A stretch of DNA of 64,000 nucleotides from a virus (IMGVR_UViG_3300049460_000134:1-64000), one strand, 5' to 3'; positions 1 through 10,724 are shown, numbered from the stretch's first letter. Notes: generated by a model from the letters alone, not told the origin. A program made the numbers and translations.

Positions 1-2289
1 CCGGCTCTGGATGCGATCAAGCTCACCAATCAGGGCTTGAACCTACAGGCACGCCAGGCGACCAACGCCGGCGATATCATGCGCCGCAACCTCTTCGGTC
101 AGCAGACCGTCGGTCGCATCCAGACTGTCATCGACAAGCTGAAGGAAATGGCCGGCATCATGACCGGTATTTCCCAGGTTGCTTCTAACCCGCTCGGCTT
201 CTCGGCGCAGGGTCTTGCAGCAGGCACGGCTCTGACCGGTGGATACGGCGGCGCTGCGAGCCTGAGCGCGCCTGTCAGTGCCAATGTCGAGCAGCTCATG
301 GCAACCGCCATGCAGCACCTGATCTCGAAAGGCTTCAGCCAGGTCGCAGCATCCGGCATTGTTGGCAACCTGGTCGGCGAGAGCAAGCTGAACGTCAACG
401 CGCGCGCAGTCGGTGACGGTCGCGACGGTTCTGACTCCATCGGTATCGCTCAGTGGAACTCCGATCGCGCTCAGAGGCTCATGGGTTTTGCTCAGCTTCA
501 GGGCAAGAGCTGGAACGATCTGACCGTCCAGCTCGACTTCCTCGTCCACGAGCTTCAGACGTCTCACCAGGACGCCAAGTCCGCGATCAACTCCGCGCAG
601 TCGCCGGCAGAAGCTGCTCGCGCCTTCATGAAGCTCTTCGAGCGTCCGTCCGACGAGTCCATGCGCAAGTCTGGTCCGTATCGTGCTGGCTATGCCGAGA
701 AGGCATTCGGCATGGGCAACGGCACTGGTCCGCTGGCTTTCAAGGCTCCGGCCGCCGCGGCTGCTAATTCGAATGTCGACACTGGCGTTATCCCGACTGC
801 AGACCCTGCACTGCAGAAGGAAATGCTCGACTATGAGCAGCAGCGTCTGAAGCTTCAGGATGACTATCTGAAGAAGGCCGCCGATCTCGACGCGCAGCAG
901 AAACAGCTCCAGGGCGACGAGAAGGTCCAGGCCGGCAAGGATTATATCGAGACGCTAAAGGGCAAGATCGACGCTGCCAAGCAGAGCCTCGACGGTCTCG
1001 ACAAGAACTATCGCGCCACGATCAAGCTGATCGAGAAGGGCGATATCGGCACGTCCAAGGACTACAAGGATCCGCAATACGCGGAAATGCTGCGCATCGC
1101 CAAGGAGACCGACAAGGTCGAAAACGATATGGCCGAGCGCAAGAAGGCCATGACGAGCCTTGAAAGCGGCAATGAGAAGATCAAGGAGCGCCAGCTCGAG
1201 ATCGAGAAGAGGATCGCCGAATACCAGGCGAAGACCAAAGATCCGACCGCGCGCCTCGACAGCTCAGGCTTGCAGGAAATGCGCCGGCTGATGGATGACC
1301 AGGTGCGCGACACCGAGACCGTCTACGGCAAGGGCACTGAGCAGTATAAGGCAGCGATCGCACAGCGCACATCGATGCTCCAGCAGTTCCAGCGCCAGGA
1401 GATCTGGGCTGAGACGGCGGCCGGCGCCGAGAGATCGCAGCAGGTTCGCGTCTCACTGATGACTGAGCGCCAGCAGCGCCAGTTCGCGATGGAGCAGGAG
1501 CTTCGCGAGATCGACCAGCGTGTCGAAGCCGCTCGCAAGGCCGGTATCCTCGACGTCGAGCTGACGCGCCAGGCTGAAGCCGAGAAGGCCGCCGTTCGTC
1601 AGAAGTATGCTGCCGAAACCCCGATGACCAAGCAGATGCGCGAGTGGTCGGATCTGTCGGGCAATTTGGAAAAGGCAACGACCGGCTGGATGGACTCGAT
1701 GGTGGACGGCATGGCCGGTCTCATCAACGGCACTGGCGATCTGCGCTCTGCGATCAACGGCATTGCGAACGACCTCATCAAGATCAGCCTAAAGGCAATG
1801 ATTGGCCAGATGAAGTCCGGAACGTCCGGATCTGCTGCTGCAGGTGCCGCGCCCGCCAATGGCTTCAAGGCGCTCTTCTCCAAGGTCGGCGTGCGCCACT
1901 CCGGCGGTCTGGCTGGCGAGTTCGGTGCGTCGCGCCTGGTCAATCCACAGGTGTTCAAGAACGCACGCAAGTTCCATAGCGGCGCGACGCAGATCGGCGG
2001 TCGTCGTCTGGCTCCTGGTGAGGTTCCGATCATCGCCAAGCGCGACGAAGGTATCTTCACGCCTGAGCAGATGAAGGCTCTCGGAAGTGGCTCTATGGGC
2101 GGTGGCAACGCGATCACCATCAATGCGCCGGTCACGGTCAACTCCAGCGGCGGCACGCCTGAGCAGAACGCCGATCTTGCCAAGCAGACGGCAAAGGAAA
2201 TGGAAGGAACGCTCCGCGGCGTCGTTGTCGACGAAATGCAGAAGCAGATGAAGGTTGGAAACATGCTTAACAACGGAAGGAGGGGCTGA
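1..2289 (+). CDS. Tail tape measure protein, 3' part, with internal phage tail lysozyme domain
   Basis: Frame open from base 1. Lysozyme-like segment GFSQVAASGIVGNLVGES...SIGIAQWN...QLDFLVHEL, long coiled coil, TMP-like C-terminus (HSGG...GEVPII...GEGIFT-like). Precedes lambda M-like gene. Confidence 0.9.
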   Translation, partial: PALDAIKLTNQGLNLQARQATNAGDIMRRNLFGQQTVGRIQTVIDKLKEMAGIMTGISQVASNPLGFSAQGLAAGTALTGGYGGAASLSAPVSANVEQLMATAMQHLISKGFSQVAASGIVGNLVGESKLNVNARAVGDGRDGSDSIGIAQWNSDRAQRLMGFAQLQGKSWNDLTVQLDFLVHELQTSHQDAKSAINSAQSPAEAARAFMKLFERPSDESMRKSGPYRAGYAEKAFGMGNGTGPLAFKAPAAAAANSNVDTGVIPTADPALQKEMLDYEQQRLKLQDDYLKKAADLDAQQKQLQGDEKVQAGKDYIETLKGKIDAAKQSLDGLDKNYRATIKLIEKGDIGTSKDYKDPQYAEMLRIAKETDKVENDMAERKKAMTSLESGNEKIKERQLEIEKRIAEYQAKTKDPTARLDSSGLQEMRRLMDDQVRDTETVYGKGTEQYKAAIAQRTSMLQQFQRQEIWAETAAGAERSQQVRVSLMTERQQRQFAMEQELREIDQRVEAARKAGILDVELTRQAEAEKAAVRQKYAAETPMTKQMREWSDLSGNLEKATTGWMDSMVDGMAGLINGTGDLRSAINGIANDLIKISLKAMIGQMKSGTSGSAAAGAAPANGFKALFSKVGVRHSGGLAGEFGASRLVNPQVFKNARKFHSGATQIGGRRLAPGEVPIIAKRDEGIFTPEQMKALGSGSMGGGNAITINAPVTVNSSGGTPEQNADLAKQTAKEMEGTLRGVVVDEMQKQMKVGNMLNNGRRG

Positions 2290-2645
2290 TGGCTCTGCTC
2301 TCGTTTTACCCGCCGATCGACCCATCGCCCTCCACAGGGCGAAAGGTTGAGTTCAAGATCCTCGAGGCCGATTTCGGGGAGGGCTATTCTCAGCCGACGC
2401 GCGATGGTGTGAACCATCGCCGACGCACGCTGACACTCACCTGGGATGCTCTCACCGACGAGCAGGCCGAGGAGATCTCCGGCTTTCTGTTCGACCGCGG
2501 CGGTGACGAAACCTTCTACTACACACCACCGCGAGAGACGAAGCCGGTGAAGTGGACGTGCAAGGACTACAGTGACGATGTTCAGAGCGGCGGCTATCGC
2601 AAAATCAGCGCGACCTTCGTCCAGAGCTTCACACTGCAAGTTTAG
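2289..2645 (+). CDS. Distal tail protein (lambda gpM-like)
   Basis: FGEGYSQ...DGVN and FYYTPP motifs; follows TMP. Confidence 0.85.
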   Translation: MALLSFYPPIDPSPSTGRKVEFKILEADFGEGYSQPTRDGVNHRRRTLTLTWDALTDEQAEEISGFLFDRGGDETFYYTPPRETKPVKWTCKDYSDDVQSGGYRKISATFVQSFTLQV

Positions 2646-2653
2646 GCTTTTAT

Positions 2654-2674
2654 GTCAGTAAAAACTGACTTACA
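2654..2674 (+). promoter_or_regulatory. Operator-like motif copy
   Basis: GTCAGT AAAA ACTGAC TTACA before gpL. Confidence 0.75.
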
Positions 2675-2701
2675 ATTTCACTTCAATCCTATGAGGTGAA
2701 A

Positions 2702-3412
2702 TTGGTCACGATCTATCAATCCGCGCAGAGCCTGACGCCTGGTGAAGCAGTCTCCCTGTTCCGTATCGACGTGTCGTCGGTCGGCGGTGGACTGCTTTAT
2801 TTCGTCCAGGGCTCGGAATTTTCCGAGAAGATCAAGTTCGGCGGTATCGAGTATCAGCCGATGGACGTCGAGTTCGATGGTCTTGAGGTGACAGGGCAGG
2901 GCGCTCTGCCATCTCCCTCGATCCGATTGTCGAATACCGACGGCATTGCCCAAGCGATGATTAACACCTTCGGCGACCTTCTCGGTTGCGAGGTGCGCCG
3001 CATTCGCACGTTTAGGCGCCACCTGGACGGCCAGCCGGACGCAGATCCTTCCGCCTTCTTTGGTCCCGACGTCTTCCTTGTTGAGCGCAAGGTCTCGGAG
3101 AACCCTGTCTACATCGAATGGGAGCTCTCGGCTTCGATCGACCAGGAAGGTCGAATGATTCCTGGTCGTGTGGCGATCCGTGACACTTGCCTCTGGCGTT
3201 ACCGCGTCTGGAGCTCCGGTCAGGGCGCCTTCGACTACTCCAAGGCGCAATGCCCTTACACCGGCAATCGCTACTACGACATCAACAACCTTCCCACCAC
3301 AGCATCAAAGGACCGTCCGTCGCGGACGCTGGCCTGCTGCAAGTTGCGCTTCGGAGAGAACGCAGCCTTGCCGTTCGGCGGCTTCCCAGGCGTCGGGCGT
3401 GTGAGCGCATGA
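2702..3412 (+). CDS. Minor tail protein L (lambda gpL-like)
   Basis: C-terminal Cys motif CLWRYR...CPYTG...CKLRFG...PFGGFPG; TTG start after GAGG. Confidence 0.9.
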   Translation: MVTIYQSAQSLTPGEAVSLFRIDVSSVGGGLLYFVQGSEFSEKIKFGGIEYQPMDVEFDGLEVTGQGALPSPSIRLSNTDGIAQAMINTFGDLLGCEVRRIRTFRRHLDGQPDADPSAFFGPDVFLVERKVSENPVYIEWELSASIDQEGRMIPGRVAIRDTCLWRYRVWSSGQGAFDYSKAQCPYTGNRYYDINNLPTTASKDRPSRTLACCKLRFGENAALPFGGFPGVGRVSA

Positions 3413-4158
3413 TCCTGACAGAAGCAATTCGCGTTGCTGCTCGCGAGCACGCACGCGCCGAATACCCGAACGAGAGCTGCGGCCTGGTCGTCAACGGTTT
3501 CTATCTGCCCTGTCGCAATGTCGCGGCCGATCCCGCGCAAGACTTCGCGATCCATCCGCAGGACCAGGTGAAGGCCTTGAGCCGCGGCAAGATTCAGATG
3601 GTGATCCACTCGCATCCGAATGGTCCAATGTCGCCTACGCAGCTCGACATGGAAGGCCAGGTCAAGTCGGGTGTTCCGTGGGCGATCATCCCGCTCGATG
3701 AGGATCGGATTGGCGAGGCGCTCATCTGGGGTGACGACACCGATATTCCGCCGCTACTTGGTCGATCCTTCGTCCACGGCATCACCGATTGCTATTCCGT
3801 CGTGCGCGACACCTACCGGCTTGGCCGCAAGGGCTGTGCTGCGCAGGGTATCGAGTGGCCGCTTGATCCGATCATTCTCGGTGAAGTGCCGCGCGGCGAT
3901 CAGTGGTGGGCTGAGGGACAGGATCTTTACTCCAAGTTCGAAGAGTTCGGCTTCCGGGCGATCAACTTCTCCGAGATCCGCCCAGGCGACGCCTTTCTCA
4001 TTAAGGTTCACTCGCAGGTTCTGAACCATGCCGGCGTGCTCGTCGGTGGCGGCATGATCCTGCAGCACTTCCCGAACCGCCTGTCTTCGCGCGTTCCTGC
4101 TGGCCTCTGGGCTCGCAACGCAAACGTCTGGCTTCGGCATGAGGCAGTCAATGCGTAA
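3409..4158 (+). CDS. Tail assembly protein K (JAB/MPN + NlpC/P60)
   Basis: EYPNESCG, HSHP..S..D, DCY and NHAGV motifs; ATGA overlap with gpL. Confidence 0.9.
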   Translation: MILTEAIRVAAREHARAEYPNESCGLVVNGFYLPCRNVAADPAQDFAIHPQDQVKALSRGKIQMVIHSHPNGPMSPTQLDMEGQVKSGVPWAIIPLDEDRIGEALIWGDDTDIPPLLGRSFVHGITDCYSVVRDTYRLGRKGCAAQGIEWPLDPIILGEVPRGDQWWAEGQDLYSKFEEFGFRAINFSEIRPGDAFLIKVHSQVLNHAGVLVGGGMILQHFPNRLSSRVPAGLWARNANVWLRHEAVNA

Positions 4159-4738
4159 GGTCTATCTGCACGGCGCCCTTGGCGAGAAATACGGCCACGA
4201 GTTCGATCTGGAGGTTGAAACCGCCTCTGAGGCCGTCCGTGCGCTCGGTGTCAATTTCCGAGAGTTCGCAACCGACATTCGATCGGGTGAATGGCATGTC
4301 ATCCGCGGCGATCTCGACGGCGGCATGGATCTGGACATCGACATGTGCGTCGGCTTTCGGCTTGGCGCTGCACCGCTGCATATCGTGCCTGTGATCGCAG
4401 GCTCCAAGAACAATGGGCTGCTCAAGATTGTGCTCGGCGTCGCCCTGATCGGCGCTGCCTTCCTGGTGCCTGGTGGTATGGCGGCTGCCGTTCCGTTCAC
4501 CGGCGGCATGCTGAAGGCAGGCAACCTCGCCATGATCGGTCTGGCGCTCGCTGCATCCGGCGTTTCGACCATGCTGACCCCTGAGAGCAAAAGCGAGGAC
4601 AGCGAGGAGAGCTACATCTTCTCCGGTCCCGGCAACAACTACGCCAACGGCTCCACCATCCCGATTGTCTACGGCGAAGTCATCACCGGTGGCGTGATGA
4701 TCTCGGCTGGCATCGACGTCGAACAGCTCGGAAACTAG
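4151..4738 (+). CDS. Tail assembly protein I (lambda gpI-like)
   Basis: LHGALGEKYG start, PVIAGS, IPIVYGE motifs. Confidence 0.9.
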   Translation: MRKVYLHGALGEKYGHEFDLEVETASEAVRALGVNFREFATDIRSGEWHVIRGDLDGGMDLDIDMCVGFRLGAAPLHIVPVIAGSKNNGLLKIVLGVALIGAAFLVPGGMAAAVPFTGGMLKAGNLAMIGLALAASGVSTMLTPESKSEDSEESYIFSGPGNNYANGSTIPIVYGEVITGGVMISAGIDVEQLGN

Positions 4739-4741
4739 CCC

Positions 4742-7700
4742 ATGTCCTTTCACTTCTCGTTCGAAAATCTCATCCGCGGTTCGAAGGGTGGCGGCAAGGG
4801 CAAGGGCGGCAGCTCTGGCAGTGACGCAAGCAACACGCTGCGCTCGAAGGCGCGCGCTCGCATTATCGAGGCAATCTCGGAAGGCCCCTGCGTCGGTCTC
4901 GTGAATTGGGATAAGTCCGTCTACTACGAAGAGACGCCGATCACGAACCCTGACGGCACGGTCAATTTCAAGAACGTCATTCTGCAGCAGCGTCTCGGCA
5001 CGCCTGACCAGGAGCACCTGACGGGCTTTGCGACCGCCGAGATTCCGTATGATGTCAACGTCAAGGTCGGCTACAACACCGGACCTGTTCAGCGCACGGT
5101 CATCGAGCCGAACGCGACCGCTATCCGCGCGGTCGTCAATATTCCCTCGCTTGCGAGCCAGAACAAGAAGTCCGGCGCGATCGAGACGGCTAGCGTCTCC
5201 TACGCTTTCGAAGTGCGTGGCTACAACGGTGGTTGGCAGCGTGTAGTCACCGAAAACCTCGTCAACCAGAAGACCACGTCCGCAGTCCAGCGCGCGCATC
5301 GCATCGATCTTCCCGACGGCGGTGCTCCCTGGGATGTGCGCATGGTGCGCCTCACGCCGGACTCCGACAACGAGCGCCTGCAGAACGACACGACCTGGGA
5401 AGGTTATGCTGTCCTCATCGAGGGCAAGTTCATCTATCCGCACACGGCGCTCGTAGCGACCGAAGTCAACGCGGAAGACATGGGTAACTCGATCCCGGCG
5501 CGCAAATACCGCTTCCGCGGCCGCATCATTTCGGTTCCGTCGAACTATGATCCGATCGGGCGCATCTACGCCGGTATCTGGGATGGCACGTTCAAGCAGG
5601 CTTGGACCAACAATCCTGCCTGGATCTTCTACGATATCCTCATCAACGACCGCTACGGCCTCGGCGAGTTCATCAATCCCGAAACGGTCGACAAGTGGAC
5701 GCTCTATCAGATCGCTCAGTATTGTGACCAGATGGTCAAGTCTGGCTTCAAGAACGCTGACACCGGCCAGGATATCTACGAGCCGCGCTTCACCTTCAAC
5801 GGCGTCCTGCAGTCTCGCCAGGAGGCCTACAAGGCGCTCCAGCAAATCACGACGACCTGGCGCGGCATGTGCTACTGGTCGCTCGGCCAGGTCTTCGCTA
5901 CCGCCGACATGCCGGCCGATCCGGTCAAGCTCGTCACGCCTGCCAACGTCATTGGTGGCGAGTTCAACTATTCCGGCACGGCCAAGAAGGCGCGCAGCTC
6001 GGTTGTTCTGGTCAAGTTCAACAACAAGGACAATTTCTATCAGCCCGAGCCGGAGCCGGTCACGAGCGATACGGCGCTTGCTCGCTTCGGCTGGCGCGAA
6101 AAGACTGTCGATCTTCTCGGCGCGACTACGCGCGGCGAGGCGCATCGCTATGGCAAGTGGATCATCGACACCGAAGAGAATGAAACCGAGACGGTCGAAT
6201 ACACGGCGTCCTGGGATCATGCCGATGTTCGGCCTGGCGACCTGATCGCAGTTGCGGATCCTCGCAAGGCGCAGATGCGTCTCGGCGGCCGCCTGGCATC
6301 GGCTGGCACGGACTACGTGACGCTCGACCAGCCGTTCGAACGGGCTGAAGGTGAGCTCTACAGCCTCATGATTGCTATGCCCGACGGCACGCTACACAAG
6401 GCGCCTGTCGATACCTGGGCTGACGAAGTCCTGGATGGCGACGGTAACAGCCTCGGCTTCCTGCGCGCGAACCTCGGCGAAGTGCTGCCGCAGCAGCCCG
6501 ACGTCAATACGATGTGGCTTGGCACCGGCACGGATATCCAGCCGCGCCAGTATCGCGTCATTGCCATGTCGGAAGAGAAGAAGAACCAGTTCAAGATCAC
6601 CGCTCTCTTCCACGATCCGAACAAGTTCGCGCGCGTGGAGGAGGGTATCTCCCTCGAGCCGATCACCTACACGCGTCCGAAGGGTCAGGTGGCGCCACCG
6701 ACCGGCCTGAAGGTGCGCGAAGTCTCCTACGTCAACAATGGGCGTCAATACGCGCGGCTCACGCTGTCGTGGGAGGTGCTGAACGACTATACGGTTCGCG
6801 AATACGAGGTCGGCGCTCTGCATCCGACGAAGGGCTACATCAAGCTCGGCACAACCGAAAACAGCTATATGGATCTCGATGATGCCGAGATCGGCCAATA
6901 CACCTTCTACGTCTACGCGATCGGCTACTCGACGCAGCGCTCGGCGCCGGCGACGTTCGACTACGAGTATGTCGGCTTCAATGGCCTGGCAGCGCCTTCC
7001 GTTACGGAGCTGAAGCTCGTCGATAACCCGAACGGGACCGAGTTCACCGGTCGCGACGTGATGATCTTCTGGAAGAATAACTTCCCGTCGTCCACGTCTA
7101 TTCTGGCTGATGACGCTTCGCCGACCGACGAGCAGAGCCCGTTCTATGCCGGTAACACCATCAAGGTCTACCACGCAGACAATGGCCAGCTACTGCGCCA
7201 GCAGCTCGTAACGGGCTCCGGCTTCACCTATAGCTACGAAATGAACAAGAACGACAGCACAGTTGCTGGTCTTGCTCATCCAACGCGCAAGCTGCGCTTC
7301 GAGGTTACGGTCTCGGCGACCTACAACAGAACGTCGGCTCAGGCGACTCTGACCGTGAACAACCCCGTTCCTGGTCTGGTGACGCTGCGCGCTTACGCCG
7401 ACGGCAAGAACATTCTCCTGAATTGGGATAACCCCGCCGAGAGCGACTTCGCCGGCGTCAAGGTTTGGGTCGAAGAGAACAACACGTTCGATCCCGACGC
7501 CACCGTCCCGTTCTATATCGGCCGCAATGATGCCGTCATCTATCCCGCCAAGGAAGTGACGATCTATCACGTTCGCATTGGCGCCTTCGACACGTTCGAC
7601 CAGGACATGCTGATTAGCGCGCCGCTCCAGGTCCAGACCGGTCGCATTCTCGACAGCACGCCGCCGGTCGTTCCGACTGGCCTGGCGCTGGAATCGGCGA

Positions 7701-9064
7701 TGGATGTTGGTCCTGACGGCACGCTGCGCGCGGTCGTTAAGGCAACGATCAACGCCAACACGGAAGATGATCTTGGCGGCTACCAGTTTCAGATCAAGGA
7801 AGATGATGGCAACTACATCACCTTCCCATCGAGCGAACCCGACTACGAATGGACGGTCACGCCTGGTCGCACCTATACGGTTCATGTTCGCGCGACCGAT
7901 CGTTACAACAATCCGTCGGACTACTGCGCTCCGGTCTCGATCGCTGCTGCGGTTGACGATGTTGCTCCGTCGACCCCGCAAAACGTCGGCGCCGTTGGCC
8001 TCTTCCGTTCGAATTGGGTGGATTGGGATCTTGTGCCTGATGCAGACACAAGCTTCTACGAGGTCGAGACCACCAAGAGCGGCCTGACGACGATCATGTC
8101 TTGCGCCGCGCCCGCCTTCATTCACTCGAACCTAGTCGTAGGCGAGGAGTGGATGTATCGCGTTCGCGCCGTCGATACCTCGGGCAATCGTTCCGACTGG
8201 TCCGAAGTGGCAATCGCAACTGTCGGCGCAATCAACCCTGGCGATCTTCCGCCTGACGCGATTATCTCCAGCTTCGCGCTGATCGACGAGGCATTCATCG
8301 AGAGTGCTCATATCGTCGAGATCGACGCCGCCAAGATCAAGGCAGGCACGGTCATCGCCGGTAACGTCATCGTGGCGACCAGTGGCGGAAATATTCCGCT
8401 GGCTGACATTGGCGCTGCTGGAGATCCGGCTGACACGATCAATCATGGCGCAACGCAGATCGAGCCTGGCAAGATCAAGATCGCCTCTGGCGTGACGCTG
8501 GCTGACTGGCGCTATGGTCCCGATCAGACGACGATCAACGGCGGCTCGATTGCAGCAAACACCATTGCAGCCAACTCGCTATCGATCGGTATGCGCGGTA
8601 TCTCGACGGACGGCCTGATCTTCGAACACAACAAGCCGGCGATCAACAACGTTTCCTGGACCGCCGGCACGGTTCGCTACATCGGCGACGATGGCAATGT
8701 AGCAACGCGTGCGATCTCGGCCGGCAGTGCCGTGTGGAGCGGCGGCTATATGTATCTGATCTGGATCAAGGGTGCCAACGCCCTGACCGCCACGACAGAT
8801 GGAGCCGTCGCGTTTGGTTCGAACGCGGTCATTCTGTCGATCTACGCAGGCGGCAAGGATCTGACGACCAACTACGGTCGCACGGTCATCGATGGCGATC
8901 AGATCAAGACCGGCTCGATCCAGGCCTCGGCGATCTCCGTAACATCGCTGTCGTCCCTCACGGCCAATATCGGCACGCTGACGGCTGGCAAGATGCAGTC
9001 CACTGATGGCCTGATGGTTGTCGATCTTGACCTTAAACGCATCCTGATTGCGGATTTAACATAG
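4742..9064 (+). CDS. Tip attachment / central fibre protein J with FN3 repeats
   Basis: GSKGGGKG start, ISEGP, WTNNPAW, several FN3-like repeats; 1440 aa. Confidence 0.92.
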   Translation: MSFHFSFENLIRGSKGGGKGKGGSSGSDASNTLRSKARARIIEAISEGPCVGLVNWDKSVYYEETPITNPDGTVNFKNVILQQRLGTPDQEHLTGFATAEIPYDVNVKVGYNTGPVQRTVIEPNATAIRAVVNIPSLASQNKKSGAIETASVSYAFEVRGYNGGWQRVVTENLVNQKTTSAVQRAHRIDLPDGGAPWDVRMVRLTPDSDNERLQNDTTWEGYAVLIEGKFIYPHTALVATEVNAEDMGNSIPARKYRFRGRIISVPSNYDPIGRIYAGIWDGTFKQAWTNNPAWIFYDILINDRYGLGEFINPETVDKWTLYQIAQYCDQMVKSGFKNADTGQDIYEPRFTFNGVLQSRQEAYKALQQITTTWRGMCYWSLGQVFATADMPADPVKLVTPANVIGGEFNYSGTAKKARSSVVLVKFNNKDNFYQPEPEPVTSDTALARFGWREKTVDLLGATTRGEAHRYGKWIIDTEENETETVEYTASWDHADVRPGDLIAVADPRKAQMRLGGRLASAGTDYVTLDQPFERAEGELYSLMIAMPDGTLHKAPVDTWADEVLDGDGNSLGFLRANLGEVLPQQPDVNTMWLGTGTDIQPRQYRVIAMSEEKKNQFKITALFHDPNKFARVEEGISLEPITYTRPKGQVAPPTGLKVREVSYVNNGRQYARLTLSWEVLNDYTVREYEVGALHPTKGYIKLGTTENSYMDLDDAEIGQYTFYVYAIGYSTQRSAPATFDYEYVGFNGLAAPSVTELKLVDNPNGTEFTGRDVMIFWKNNFPSSTSILADDASPTDEQSPFYAGNTIKVYHADNGQLLRQQLVTGSGFTYSYEMNKNDSTVAGLAHPTRKLRFEVTVSATYNRTSAQATLTVNNPVPGLVTLRAYADGKNILLNWDNPAESDFAGVKVWVEENNTFDPDATVPFYIGRNDAVIYPAKEVTIYHVRIGAFDTFDQDMLISAPLQVQTGRILDSTPPVVPTGLALESAMDVGPDGTLRAVVKATINANTEDDLGGYQFQIKEDDGNYITFPSSEPDYEWTVTPGRTYTVHVRATDRYNNPSDYCAPVSIAAAVDDVAPSTPQNVGAVGLFRSNWVDWDLVPDADTSFYEVETTKSGLTTIMSCAAPAFIHSNLVVGEEWMYRVRAVDTSGNRSDWSEVAIATVGAINPGDLPPDAIISSFALIDEAFIESAHIVEIDAAKIKAGTVIAGNVIVATSGGNIPLADIGAAGDPADTINHGATQIEPGKIKIASGVTLADWRYGPDQTTINGGSIAANTIAANSLSIGMRGISTDGLIFEHNKPAINNVSWTAGTVRYIGDDGNVATRAISAGSAVWSGGYMYLIWIKGANALTATTDGAVAFGSNAVILSIYAGGKDLTTNYGRTVIDGDQIKTGSIQASAISVTSLSSLTANIGTLTAGKMQSTDGLMVVDLDLKRILIADLT

Positions 9065-9083
9065 TCAGTCAATATTGACTTAC
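9064..9083 (+). promoter_or_regulatory. Operator-like motif copy
   Basis: GTCAGT CAAT ATTGAC TTAC after gpJ. Confidence 0.75.
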
Positions 9084-9108
9084 TTCGGATAGAGGATAGA
9101 ATTCGAGA

Positions 9109-9540
9109 ATGTCAAATCGCCTCGTTCTTGGCTCTTTCGATAACACGTATCTGCTCCGGGTCTCGCGACCCGGAGCGAACGTGCTCAACCCGAGCCTGCC
9201 GGTCGAGTCCCTGGCGTTCGACAGTCGCTGGACCAATATGTTTACGGTCGTCCAGAGCGGCAACATTCGCGGCATTATGGATAACGTCGATATGGTGGGC
9301 TGGATGTGGTATGCGGAGTTGGCTATCCCTGCCAGCTATTCCGGCCTGCCGCTGATCTTGCTTTCCGGACGCCCGGAATACAGCGCCAATTACAAGGCTG
9401 CGACCGTTGTAGGCGATCTCTTTGGTGGCTACGATTCTTCCACCCGCGTTCTGACGATCAGCGGTAATAGCGCCTGGTGGCCGAATGCCTCGGATTATCT
9501 TCCCTGGGGCTACTTCTACTATCATCTGTTGCAGGTCTGA
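9109..9540 (+). CDS. Tail-tip accessory protein, paralog 1
   Basis: MSNRLVLG...LRVSRPGANVL...FDSRW; shares N-terminus with the next two ORFs. Confidence 0.7.
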   Translation: MSNRLVLGSFDNTYLLRVSRPGANVLNPSLPVESLAFDSRWTNMFTVVQSGNIRGIMDNVDMVGWMWYAELAIPASYSGLPLILLSGRPEYSANYKAATVVGDLFGGYDSSTRVLTISGNSAWWPNASDYLPWGYFYYHLLQV

Positions 9541-9944
9541 TGGCAAACCGTGTTCTCTTTGGCGCTCGCGGAGCCGAGCTGGGTCTGTGGATCTCCAAGC
9601 CTGGGGTGAATGTGCTGACGGCTGCCGACTCCGGCCTGCTGTTCAAGGCGAGTATGCGCGCCGCGCAGATAATCCAGTATGGTCGTATCGCGCAGCCTGG
9701 TGGAGCATTTATCAACACGGCGGTTAATATTCCGAACCTCGGATATCGTCCGATCATCGAGCATGAAAGCGTCGGTTGGCCGGCTGTTGTCTTTCAGTGG
9801 GTGTCCGCAACTCAGATCGTCTTCATGCAGGCGCCAAACCTGCCTGACGGTTCGCTCGGCAATCCCTTCGGAAACGGCACGGTCGATGGCGCGCCGTCCC
9901 AGCGCTTTGTCTATTATCGCGTTTGGAGCCTGCCCTGTGAGTAA
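9540..9944 (+). CDS. Tail-tip accessory protein, paralog 2
   Basis: MANRVLFG...LWISKPGVNVL; TGATG overlap. Confidence 0.7.
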   Translation: MANRVLFGARGAELGLWISKPGVNVLTAADSGLLFKASMRAAQIIQYGRIAQPGGAFINTAVNIPNLGYRPIIEHESVGWPAVVFQWVSATQIVFMQAPNLPDGSLGNPFGNGTVDGAPSQRFVYYRVWSLPCE

Positions 9945-10311
9945 TCGCGTTCTGCTTAATACCAGCGGTCTGAAGGTGTCACGTCCCGGTGTGAATGTCC
10001 TGACGGCTGGCAATGCCGATCTCAACTTTAATTCCGATTGGTCCGGCGTGAACCTGCTCATCAGCGGTCAGGTGAGGGTGGAGAACGGCGGAACGCAGAT
10101 CATTTACTTCGGCAAGACCTTTGACCAGCCGCCTGTTTGCCGAATTCCTTATCTGCAGGATGGCTTTGGCTGGTGGTTTTATCTGACATTCGGCGCCGCC
10201 AACTTAAACCTCGCGAGCGTTGCGCAGATCTACACTAACCGCCTCGAATTTCGAAACACCAGTGGCAGCGGCTATTGGGCCGGCTACTTTATTTGGAACT
10301 ACAGCGCATGA
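9937..10311 (+). CDS. Tail-tip accessory protein, paralog 3
   Basis: GTG start; (M)SNRVLL...LKVSRPGVNVL...FNSDW. Confidence 0.7.
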   Translation: MSNRVLLNTSGLKVSRPGVNVLTAGNADLNFNSDWSGVNLLISGQVRVENGGTQIIYFGKTFDQPPVCRIPYLQDGFGWWFYLTFGAANLNLASVAQIYTNRLEFRNTSGSGYWAGYFIWNYSA

Positions 10312-10724
10312 TTATCGAGCATAATTCCGAAGGTATGATTACCCACGTCGTCAACGATCCAATCCCCGCTGGATTGGTCGAGGTCATGGATGAGAATGGA
10401 GCGACCTACCTGAATTTTCCTCCCGTCAAGAAGGGTGACGAGACGGTCTTTGTCGAGTGCGATATCCAGTTCGACTATATCCGCGACGGCAAGATCACGC
10501 GCCGCCCGACGTTCGACCTACCGACCGAGCTTGACCTGAAGGTTGGCGAAACCAAGATCTTCCAGCTTCCGGCCGGAACCAAGGTTTATGTTGACGGCGA
10601 GCCTACGACGCTCGAAGATGGCGAGCTTGAGATCGGCGCAGAAATGCCGGCCGAATACCAGCTCTACATCACCAATTTCCCCTATGTCGAAGTCTTCCTG
10701 AAGGTGACTGTCCATGAAGCTTAG
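10308..10724 (+). CDS. Hypothetical tail-associated protein
   Basis: ATGA-coupled ORF in the tail operon. Confidence 0.6.
   Translation: MIIEHNSEGMITHVVNDPIPAGLVEVMDENGATYLNFPPVKKGDETVFVECDIQFDYIRDGKITRRPTFDLPTELDLKVGETKIFQLPAGTKVYVDGEPTTLEDGELEIGAEMPAEYQLYITNFPYVEVFLKVTVHEA

Noticed and set aside
4148-6220. Long antisense ORFs (690 aa here; also 14023-15294, 31327-32283 and others)
   Set aside because: Shadow frames of high-GC3 genes with no motifs or RBS.
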